Positions 25,632 through 38,500 of a stretch of 64,000 nucleotides of DNA are shown piece after piece; position 1 is the stretch's first letter, and every line of letters begins with the position of its first letter. Source of the DNA: Octopus sinensis (Eukaryota); contig NC_042999.1 in the NCBI RefSeq assembly GCF_006345805.1, positions 162,998,001-163,062,000 of the forward strand, read 5' to 3'. The notes under the pieces are model-generated. The model did no database searches, was not told the origin of the DNA, and saw only the letters and a program-made list of their open reading frames with translations. The position numbers were made by a program, and so were the translations under genes.

Positions 25632-27926
25632 ACTTATAAACAGGGGCAAAAGAAAAATTATTTCTATGCCAATATGCTGAGAACAGACTTTAAATTGTCA
25701 ATTTGCACATTTCATTATACATTCACTATAAATACACGTCATGCTGAAATCAAGGAAAGCTAGCTAACAGAATTTTTTTTATAAAAAGTTTGGTATTTCT
25801 ATATTGAATCAATTTCAGGATTAATCCTATGGATTCTTCCCTCTTCAGTAGAAAATATGGTAAGAAATAAATGAAATACCTACACGCACCCATGGAGAAA
25901 AACATAAGCAAGAGTCATGAGTGCACATAAGTACCCCAGTTATATCTAAATGTAAAATCCTTTAGCCAGCCTCAGCACACGTGTGAACTATTCTGAACCA
26001 CAACTTCTAGTGATTACCAGTCCCTATAGTGAATGGTAATTTTAACCTTTAAAGGTATATTTTAATATACTGCCACTTTTTGATGAAATTTTTTTCTGAA
26101 AACAATTTCATCCTATATTAGTAGTAGATTTATTACTATTCACTATAGGGACTGGTAACCACTATAAGCTGTGGTTCAAAATAGCTCTCACGTGTGCTAA
26201 GGCTGGCTAAAGGATTTTACATTTACAGGGTGATTGGAAAGTAACTCCCTATTTTAAAATGCTTATAATTTATTTATTAACTATAATTTTTTTCTCAAAT
26301 TTGTTGTGTATGTTCTTTAATGTATAGGAATTGATTCCATGCTGTTTATTTTTTCAGATTGATTATTTTGTTTGAAATTTAGAAGCCCTACAAACATGGC
26401 TGGATGTTTTACTGTGCAGGAGCGTGCCCAGCTAGCTGCACATTACGAAGTTTGGAGATCAGTTGTTCAAGTGCAAAGATGGTGGAGGACCATTAGAGGA
26501 AGACATGCTCAAGTTGATGCAAAAAGATAATCAAGAATTGTCATGCAAATTCATGACTACAGGATTTGTAGCTGATACTTGAAGTGGTCGTCCTTCCAAT
26601 TCATCAAGGTTCGCATGACTGACTGGCCAGAAGCCCTGATTTAACACCCTGCGACTGTTTTCTTTGGGGTTGGTTAAAGGAGGAAGTCTTCTCTACCAAA
26701 CCTATGACTTTGAAAGAACTTGAAGGGTGAATACGAGAAGCTATGTCTTTCATTCCACAAGACTTCCTGATGAAATCAGTTGATGTTGTTCCTAGGCAGC
26801 GTCAGAAGCTGCTGGTGAATGCTGATGCCTATGTCAAATTTTAAATAAAATTCCATGCTATGCACTTTCTTTACATATTCGTTTTTTTCTAAAAATTATA
26901 GTTAATAAATAAATTATAAGTATTTTAAAACAGGGAGTTACTTTTCAATCACCCTGTAGATATAACTGGGGTACTTATGTGTACTCATGACTCTTGCTTA
27001 TGACTTTCTCCATGCGTGTAGGTTTTTCATTTATTTCTTATCGTATTTTCTACTGAAAAGGGAAGAATCCATAGGATCAATCCTGAAATTTATTCAATAT
27101 AGAAATAACGAACTTTTTTATTAAAAAATTCTGTTAGCTAGCTTTCCTCAATTTCAGCAAGACGTGTACTTATAGTGAATCATCATCATCATCATTTAAC
27201 ATCTGCTTCCCATGTTAGCATGGGTTGGACGATTTGACTGAGGTCTGGCGAACCAGACTCCAATCTGATCTTGCAGAGTTTCTACAGCTGGATGCCCTTC
27301 CTAACGCCAACCACTCTGAGAGTGTAGTGGGTGCTTTTACATGTTACCGGCACGAGGGCCAGTCAGGTGGTACTGGCAACGGCCATGCTCAAATGGTGCT
27401 TTTTATGTGCCACCTGCACAGGAGCCAGTCCAGCGGCACTGGCAGTGACCTAGCTTGAATGCTTTTTCATGTGCCCCCAGCACAAGTACTAGTAAGGCGA
27501 CGCAGGTAATGATCACGCTTGAATGGTGTTTTTAACGTGCCATCCGCACGAAGGCCAGCTTGTTGCACTGGTGATGACCTCACTCGTATGGTACTCTTAG
27601 TGCTCCACTAGCAACGGATGCCAGTCACTGAATTTTATTTCGATTTCGATTTCACTTGCCTCAACAGGTCTTTGTAAGCAGAGTTTAATGTCCAATGAAG
27701 AAAAGGCACGCATAAGTGGACTGGTTACACCCCTGGCATAGGCCATAAGGTTATGGTCTCACTTGTGCTTGCCCAGCCTTGAATATATAATGAAATGTGG
27801 AAATTGACAATTTAAAGTCTGTTCTCAGCATATTGGCATAGAAATAATTTTTCTTTTGCCCTTGTTTATAATTTTAACCTTTAAAGGTATTTTATGCTGC
27901 CACTTCTGATGAAATTTTTTTATCTC

Positions 27927-28002
<76 letters not shown>

Positions 28003-28031
28003 ATATATATATGTGTGTGTATATATATATA

Positions 28032-28123
<92 letters not shown>

Positions 28124-28308
28124 ATATATATCGATATATATATATAGGTGCAGGAGTGGCTGTGTGGTAAGTAGCTTGCTAACCAACCACATGGTTCCGT
28201 GTTCAGTCCCACTGCGTGGCACCTTGGGCAAGTGTCTTCTGCTATAGCCCCGGGCCGACCAATGCCTTGTGAGTGATTTTGATAAACGGAAACTGAAAGA
28301 AGCCTGTC

Positions 28309-28365
<57 letters not shown>

Positions 28366-29550
28366 TGTGTGTGTGTTTGTTCCCCTAGCATTGCTTGACA
28401 ACCGATGCTGGTGTGTTTACGTCCCCGTCACTTAGCGGTTCGGCAAAAGGAGACCGATAGAATAAGTACTGGACTTACAAAAAGAATAAGTCCCAGGGTC
28501 GAGTTGCTTGACTAAAGGCGGTGCTCCAGCATGGCCGCAGTCAAATGACTTAAACAAGTAAAAGAGTAAAGAGAGAGTGATATATATGTATATATATATA
28601 TATATGTGTATATATATCATCATCATCATTTAGCTTATTTAGTAGTATATGCTTCACTCCTGATAGCAAAGTTAATCATCATCATCATCGTTTAGCATCC
28701 GCTTTCCATGCCAGCATGGGTTGGATGGTTCAACTGGGGTCTGGGAGGCCAGAAGGCTGCACCAGACTCCAATCTGATCTGGCAATGTTTCTACGGCTGG
28801 ATACCCTTCCTAACGCCAACCACTCCGTGAGTGTAGTGGGTGCCTTTTACGTGCCAGTCGGGGCTGGCAAATGGCCATACTTTAAACATACATGTATACT
28901 TGTAACATGTGTACATCCACATGATCACAAAATCATGGTTTCAATTCATGTACCAGGCAGTGTGTTATGTTCTTGAGCAAAAGATTTCATCTTGTCGTTC
29001 TACAATCACTTCGATATCGGATATGTGGCCGCTCATGCGTCTGTACAAGCAATGTCAGTAAGGAGAGATAGAGATAGCTCATGTACTGCACAAACATTTG
29101 ATCGAGGTAAACAAATAATCTGAGCAGATTGTTCAGCAAGAGATTGCAGAACCATCTTTCTCAGACTCAGGAAAGTACTGAGAGCAATATCTTCATGTAC
29201 AGACATATTTGCATATCACATAGTGACAATGAACTGATACACTTCTAGATTCCCCATGTCTGAATGCACCCATTATGATCTACTTAAAACAGCAAATTAT
29301 TGGCAACACAGAAATGAGAAAAAAAAGCACACAAGCTATGACCTTCTATAAAAATTAGTATTTGTTTAAAGTTTGTACAGGTTCTCCTTCATTTTATAGT
29401 GTTCATTTTTTCTCATTTACAGTATGCAAGTACGTAATAGAAAGCAGAAAAAAATAATAATAATACTTAGAAGTGAAGATCAAAAGCTATTGTATGGAAG
29501 CAAATATATATATATATATGTATATATATATATGTGTGTGTATATATATA

Positions 29551-29583
<33 letters not shown>

Positions 29584-31609
29584 TTAAAGATTTAAGAGAA
29601 AAAATAAGCGAGATATATCATGATTAAATGTTTATTATAAACACACTATACGAATGTTTATCATCTTCATCTAATTCTAATGTTACTAAGTTTTAGAACC
29701 ATTCAAATAGTAGATACAATAACAACAGGAAATTAAGAAAAAACTGATATTTCACTTCCATATTTGGCTATACAGGAAATGAATGATTAAAGTATTAAAG
29801 CAATCAACTACATGTTTTTTATTGCTGATTTTTCAGTCACCTTATTAATCTCAATTTCACAGTACACATTCATACCATCTTTGAGCTTCAGATATCTATC
29901 TTCTACATCACTCAATTACACGAGTCATTCAACTGTTCTATATAGGAGACTGCCAGTACTATCAACTTGACAGAAATACCCCATGTTCTTCTTACTACTA
30001 AAATCTCTAAGTACAATACTACCATGGTAGTCAAATCAAATCCCTTAGAAAATACTTTTCTATCCTAAGTCAAGATTGTCAGGAAGGCCGAGGGTGTCTT
30101 GGCATCACTCAGCAGGTCTTTTGTTAGCCGCTCTCCAGCCATCTATTTAAAACTGTATACAGCTATGGTACGACCACACTTGGAATTTGCATCATCAGTT
30201 TGGAACCCCTATCTTGCACAGAACATTGACCTCCTGGAATCTGTCCAGAGACGTGCAACCAAACGCATACCCTCCATCAGACACCTACCATATTCTGAGT
30301 GCCTTGTTTCCCTGGGCATGGATTCACTGAAGCTCCGGCGTCTGGCGACGGACTTGGTAAACACCCACAAAGTTATCAACCACCTCACCAACAACAACAC
30401 TGAACACCTTTTTGATCTCCATGTGTCTAACACACGTGGACATGCCTACAAAGTCAGAAAACAATACAGCTCTCATGACTTTCGGAAACATTTTTTCACG
30501 CTCAGAGTTGCTGAAGCATGGAATAAACTGCCTGCGTCAGTTGTTGACTGCCATGACACTGCATCTTTTAAGGCCCTCATGCTTTCCGAAATCCGCCGAA
30601 ACTACACCTGATTATATATACACTTTAGATGAGTTGTAGTGCACCTGAGCACTGTACACAATTATTATTATTATTATTATTATAATATCCGAGTGTCTCA
30701 AATTTGAAAATATCCAATACCCAATATGGAAAAATACTAAGTCTACTGGACTTAAGTTTGTAAATCAATTGAAATTATCAATTAGTTTAAATACAGAGTG
30801 GCTCAGAAGTAGGTTTAGAGTTATTAAACTATCACTTTTGCATTCATATATTAGCAGTTTAGATCTCAATTATAAAAAAATACAAAACCATTATTCTATG
30901 CTAATTTAGTCAATTTTGTCAAGCTCCCTTTTCAGTTTGTAAGATAGAAATTTTAATGTAATAAAATGTTTTAAAAGAAATTTAAAGTGCCTAAGTGATA
31001 ACTGTAAACCTACTTTTGGACCACCCTGCATAGTTTCTTAGCTGGAAAAATATCAGATACACACATTATGGTTCACTTAAATGAATGATACCTTTCTTTC
31101 AATGTTTGTTGAAAAATTTGAGTGGCTGTGTGGTAAGTAGCTTGTTTACCAGCCACATGGTTCCGGGTTCAGTCCCACTGCGTGGCACCTTGGGCAGGTG
31201 TCTTCTACTATAGCCTCGGGCCCGACCAAAGCCTTGTGAGTGGATTTGGTAGACGGAAACTGAAATAAGCCCGTCGTATATATTTATATATATATATATA
31301 TGTGTGTTTGTGTGTCTGTGTTTGTCCCCCTAGCATTGCTTGACAACCGATGCTGGTGTGTTTATGTCCCCGTTACTTAGCGGTTCGGCAAAAGAGACCG
31401 ATAGAATAAGTACTGGGCTTACAAAAGAATAAGTCCCGGGGTCGAGTTGCTCGATTAAAGGCGGTGCTCCAGCATGGCCACAGTCAAATGACTGAAACAA
31501 GTAAAAGAGTAAAGAGTATTTATATCACTGTTATACTGAAGTACCTAAATTTTCAAATAATCCAATTAATTTTTAATTGAGCAATAAAATGATTTATGCT
31601 GAATGAATC

Positions 31610-31655
<46 letters not shown>

Positions 31656-34600
31656 TTTAAATAGAAACACACACACACATCTTAGATAGAAATATAAACC
31701 ATTTAGTAAAATGTCAGCTAAGAATAAATTCCAGTAAAAAGTATATTGCAATAAACAAGAAATATACACTATGAGCTAATATCATTATAATTCTCACAGA
31801 GTGTCAGCTACTATAATGCCTTAACTGACATATTAACACTAAAAAAATTTGAAGCTCTTTTTAAACAATGTATTTCACAAATTCATACACCTATCCATCT
31901 GTTTCAATCTGCTTTCAACTTCAGTTCATTCAACCAATAAGGGTCAAATGCATTAAGCTACCACTAATCTCACTCCAGTAAACTAACTACAATCACTATC
32001 AACAACTATTTCCCTGTCATAAACTACATTTCTATAGAACTCTCTATAATCATGTCATGATATTAAAGTATAGAACTAATACAAATCCTATCTATTCCAA
32101 TTCCCACTATAAGAAGAAGCTCCCTTCTTTAGTCCAAGATAACACACATATCTTCTTAATTTGCTAAACTGTAAATATAATTGAAGAAGCTGAACTAGAC
32201 ATTTACAAAACCAATAGTAAAAAAATATAAGGTCTTTAGTAATTAAAACTTTTAGGGATAACTCTTAGGCACTAAAAGCCAGTCTTTTCACAGAAACAAT
32301 GATGGGTGTCATAATGTATGATATCCATTAGTACATTAACTGCAGGACACTTCTGTGTTTGTATCCAGGTTTAGCATAAATGTAGTTGTGAAAAAGAGAA
32401 AATCTAGATACTATGAGAAGAGGATGAGGTAATGGAAGATAGTGCTAAAGAGAATATACAATATAGTATTGCTAGGAAGATCAAGAGAATTCAGAGAGAG
32501 AGAGGGAGGGAAAACACTAATCTGACATATTCATTTGTTTGCTCTAATGTGTTTTTCCGTGCTAGCATGGGTAAAATGGGAATTTTTTTTGCAGCAGGAT
32601 TTTATAACCATATGCTTCTTGTCAGCAACCCTTATCAGTTCTCCAAGCGAGAAAACTTTTATTTCATGGGGTTCTGAAAATACAGAGTGACTGGTCATGA
32701 TGTCAACAAAGAATATGACAAGCAAAATTGGGGGATATCAATATTCACACACACAGATTTGTGGTATGTATATATACACGCACACATATATATACATACA
32801 AAAAAAACTTTCTACATACCAAATTCACTCACAAGGCATTGATTGGCCTGTGTTTATTTAGAAGACACTTACCCAGGGTGCTGTGCAGTGGGACTGAACC
32901 TAAAAACACATGGTTGTAAAGCCAACTTCTGAAACACACTACCATGTGTCTATGCACACACAGATTATATGAGCATTTATCTCCCATGACTCTGTCCTAG
33001 AAAGGGACATGTTAACAAACAAAGATAAAGAAAAAGTAAGAAAAAAGAAAAAATGTATTTCAGTGACCAATTTCATTTCTGTACATTTTAGTGATTTCAA
33101 TAAGACAGAAATTTTTGAAGTGTACTGGGATAAACGTGAGGAGGGTTTCTTTGGTGGTGGTGATAGGGAGGATTTTTGAGTCTGAGAAAAAGAGATAATG
33201 TGCATAACAGTGGTAAACATTTATATATCTATAATATAAATCCCATTCTGTCTGTGTATGTGTGTGTAAAAGATTGTAATGGTCGTATTTTTCAACTGAT
33301 TTCCTTCAAGCTGGGAACATACATTACTCATGTTCCAGGGATGGTTTTAGACTCTTAAAATTTTTCACATAATGAATAATGGGTCTCCTGGGGGCAGAAA
33401 ATACCCGTTCCTGGGTTACATGGAGAAGAGAGGTAACTCTTTGCAAAGTAATTTTCAGAAATTGATTGTCTTCCCTACATCCATTGGTCATAAAAAAAAA
33501 ATTGCTTTTTATTCACATCTTTGAAAGTCATTTTTAAATATTTACTTTCAGTTTTCTAGCGTCAGTGACATCCATATCTCTCTATCCCTCTATATCTACC
33601 TATCTGTCTGTATCTTATTTGTCTAACTAGCTAGCTCTCTCTATATCTCACCAACTCTCTATTGTTTTCACTTGCTATTTACAAACAACAACGACAAATT
33701 ACTGACAGAAAGAAGTTCACAATTACTGATGAAAGTAATTTCATACATAATTTACAAACAGAAGTAACTTCATAAATATGACTTCAATCTGTACACTTTG
33801 TCAAATTTGCCAACAAATTTCTTATTTACTTTTGCAATGTTTTGTGTTTTTTGTTGTTGACAGAATTACTGAAAAGTTCATAATTTACTGACAGTAGTAA
33901 CTTCAAAAATTTCACTTAAATCCATACACTTAGTTAATTTCCCTAAAAATTTCTTAGTTATTTTTGCAACAGTTTTGTGTTTTTCTGTCATTAATAGCTT
34001 TTTTCTGGTTCCTTCGATACTGGCTCTTTGGTTCACTGACAAATTTCACTTCAACCTGTACAATACTTTATTTTCCATAAAAATTTCTTATTTACTTTCT
34101 GCCCGTTGTATTAAGAAATATAATTTCCGTTACTAAGTTATTTTCATTGTTTACTATCTTATGTACCCGTGTATTTCTGCATACGTATATAACCATGCCT
34201 AGAAGGAAAGTGTCAAATTTGTCTACAATGTCAAGGTCAGTCAAAAGAATGTCTCTGTCCAGGGAAAGAGAGCTGCAGAAAGGGAAACATACCAAGAAAC
34301 GAACAAGATTTGTGCCTTACAAAAGCCAGAGCATTTCAAAGTGATGAACAGAGGTATGCATGGCTGACAAGGAATAGGATCTCCACTGATGAACGAAGAG
34401 CAGTTGCAACAGCTCAGAGAAGCAACTTTCAATTGTAATCCAGCAGAACATTAAGGAGACGACACTAGAGTTTCTGTTGGTGCAATGACAACTGAGTGCA
34501 TACATTGTAAAGCAAGGATGTGACCTGGAGAGACACCTGCACTGTGCTGCAGTGGTGGAAAGGTTAAAATCCCTGCAATCCCCGAACCTGCAGAGACATT

Positions 34601-35488
34601 GAAGAAACTTGTCATCAACTGACCAAGATTCCAAGCACTTCGAAAACAAAATCAGACAATACAACGCTGCACTACAGATGACATCATTTGTAGCCACAAG
34701 AGATTTAACTGAGTCAGGATTCATGCAAACTATCAAGGTCTGAGGTCAGATTTATCATCACATTGGCTCTTTACTACCTCTGTCAAATGAATCCCCCAAA
34801 TCGGCCTTTCTTTGTTTATAATCTGTACCTGTTTCTTGGTAATGAAATAAGCTACACAAAACATGTTTCTGAATTACATGTATTTACTTTATATACATAT
34901 ATGAGTTGGAACTTTCTTTTAACATTTCACTTAACGTCTATGCTTCATGCTGGCATGGGTTGGAGAGTTATTAATATAGAAAGTTTGTTTCTCAGCTACT
35001 AGCAGTTGAGACCTGCATAGTCTAGACGGCATTTTAAAATTTCCTTATTTTCTTTAACCTGGGCAACACCAGGTATTTCTGCCAGTGTGTATGTATATAT
35101 ATATATAACTAGACCATCATTTTAACATCCACATTCCATGCTCACATGGGCCAAACAAAATTTACTGAGGCAGATAGGCAAATTTTCTATGGCTGGATGT
35201 CCTTCCCGCCACCAATCCTTATTTGTTTTTCCCTCAGCCAAACATGTTTCTGCAGAATATTGGAAATAACTGACACTGCTTGCATGAAAGTGATGCTCAT
35301 TGACAATTATCATGCAAGACAAAGAGACCCAAATATACACACACACTCATACATATATTCTTTATAATGCAAGCAGTATCTTTTGTTTCCAATATTGTGA
35401 TAACACATCTGGTCATAGGGAAAATATTATCTTACCTAGAAACAAATTTTGTCTGACCCGAGCAAGAAAAAAGTGGACATTTTAACAA

Positions 35489-35552
<64 letters not shown>

Positions 35553-38500
35553 CCATACTCCACAACAGAAGTGTTAAGGCCATTCCTGATGAGTATTGGT
35601 TTGCAAGAGCCCTGTGCTAGTGCCATGCAAAAGTACCCAGCACACTCTGTAAAGTGGTTGGCATTAGGAAGAGTATCCGACTATAGAAACCATGCCAAAT
35701 CAGATTGGAGCCTGGTGCAGCTTCTCAGCTCTGGTCAAACTGTTCAACTGATGCCAGCATGAACAATGGATGTTAAATGGTGATGATGACGATGATACAT
35801 ATTGATTATAAATATAATATCTACATACACTGACATTACAACATCATTATTTAAAGTTCGTTTTCCATGCTGGTATGGATTGGATGGTTTGGCAGGAGCT
35901 GCACCATGCTCTATTGTATGTTTTGGCATGGTTTCTATGATTCAATGCCCTTCCTAATGCCAACCACTTCACGGCATGTACTGGGTGCATTTATCTTGCA
36001 CCATCATCAGTATTTTTACATGGCATCATCAATGCTATCAACTCTGCTGTGGTGGATAGGTTTTCTTGAATACAGCTACGTGTCAGATGCCTCAGTCTTT
36101 TGTCATCTCCTTCATAAGGCTGAGTGTCTTGAATCAGCTTCCAGTACTTTGTTCCATGTTCTCCTGTATCTTCCCCTTCCAAGCGTTCCTGCCACTTTTA
36201 GCAATCTGCACTTCTGTAGCAACTGTCTACATTCGTGTGCATGACATGACCAAACTAGCACAATCTTCTCTCTTGTACAATACATCTAATTTCTCTAAAG
36301 CCTAACTTTTCTTTCCACAGACTAGCACTCTGTTGCACATGTACACTACACATCCAGCTGAGCATACTAATTTCATTCCTCTCTAGCCTACACATGTCCT
36401 CTGCATTCAGGGTCTCCATCTCACCAGCTTGTATCATTGCTGTTTGTATATGCAAACACACACATACACACAAACATAAACATACATATCTACACACAAC
36501 ACATATATCTATACATATTACAGGGTCTTTGACTAAAGTTGACATTTTTGCAAAAAAAAAAAAAAAAAGGAAGAGAAAATAAAAAATAAAAGTACTTTAT
36601 AAAATCAAAAAATATTAACTATATTATAGCTAGGAGATAACAGTTTCCTCAAGGTAGTTGCCCTCAGCGTCCACCAAGGCCTCGAGATGGATCTGCAACC
36701 TAGCACATGCATTCTTCACAGTGTCCTTGAGAAGATCCTAAAAAATCCTCCTTGGCTCACCAGCATGGTTGGTATCTTTCTCAACTACCCCAGACATAGA
36801 AATCCATGGGATTACAAATGGGGTGATTAGGAGGCCAGAGGTAATTTAGGAGGCTAGTGAAGTTGTAGAAATTCTCAAACACTTCTGACTCTTTCTGAAA
36901 GTATGGCAAAGAGCTGAATTCTGCTACCACACATATGGCCTTCCAGTAACCACCCCTTCTGGCCAAGATTTGACCACAATCTCCAGCAACTTCACATAAC
37001 TCTGAACTGAAGCCATTTTCAGGGGATGAAAATTGATATTTAAGAGTAGTTTATATAGTTTCAACTTAGTGATAAAATGTGATTCTGGTTCAAAAACTGG
37101 AAAAACACAATTTTTCACTTTGTCCTGTTTTTGACCTCACTTGCACAAGTAATCAGACATAGAGATCAGAGGCTGGTAGTAAAATGGTACTTCAGTAGTG
37201 GATTATTTGCATGTAAGTAGGTGTAGGTTTTGTAAATACAAATAGGGGAAATAAAAGTCAAAACATGAGTAAATTATTTTTAATGGAAAAAGGATGTTAA
37301 AATGATGAAATAATAATGATGATGATGATATATACATATAATAACACCTCATTAAACTTGGCTTCACATTACATTTCATGGATGCAGGGCATGTCCACCT
37401 TGTCAGATATTCAGACACAGAGTTTGTCTCTGACACTTATATTAAATACATGTAACTCCAACCACATAGACTGAGTGTTACTTTCTTTTGCTTGTTAACT
37501 GGTGTGTACATAAATGCATGCATGCACATAGATGTATCAACAGAAACTGTTTGAAATGCAATAGTGAAACTATTAATGTATGGCTCATTAATGTATGGAT
37601 GTGATAATTACTTAATCAGGTTATTTCTGGTCTTGATGCCTACAAAATAGTTATCAGTAATTACAGTATAATATGACAGACATTGGATTCCACAGTTAAA
37701 GATCAAGTATACTGATAGCTATCCTTCTCTCATACTAAGAAGGCAAGCACTAATAAAGATGAATGGGTGTTTTTCTGGTATACAGGAATGAACAGCTGAT
37801 AGCTTAGAATATGCATGTGTGCGTATGCATGAGCACTATTTTACAGCCAATGAATTATATCAGTGCAGGGACATTACTTACATAAATTTTGTACTTGTTA
37901 ACAGTAAGTTGAAAAAAATCTATAGTGTTTCAGAAAATAAGACTTCCATAAAAGCACCTCAAAGCTATCGTTAGTAGTTGATATTTTTCATAGAGCCTGT
38001 ATATATATATAACCTAACAGTTCAACATATTTCTACTGTTATCAAGTTTATTAAAGAATATGAACTATTATGCACTGTAAAAGATCATAATTCCAAGAAC
38101 TATAAATCAATATTCAGAAAAATGTATTGTGTAAAATAGATGTCAAACATGGCTTTACATTCAAATAAAATTCAAGCAGATATTAATAACTTTTCCCTAG
38201 AAGTATTAAAATTGAATATTTAATCAGGAATAATGTCATCAAGAAGAATGTCTATCAATAATTATAGTTATTACACTAATCTATGTCAGCCACTTCCAAT
38301 CATAATAGAAAAATAATATATTAAATTGTTAATTTCTTCTGAGTAATAAAATGAATAAACAGTGGAGTACGGGATTTGGCAACTAGAATAGCATTTTATT
38401 TTTCTGGAATGACAGCTAAACTCCCCCCAGGCAACAAGAATTAAATGTGTGTTCAGGTAAAGAATTTATATTCTTTATATAGTGAAGAAATGGTTTTGAT

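Noticed and set aside
27892-28401. Long ORFs of YI/CV/HT repeats (also 43767-44111, 57368-57993, 57948-58643)
   Set aside because: These are translations of microsatellites or minisatellites.
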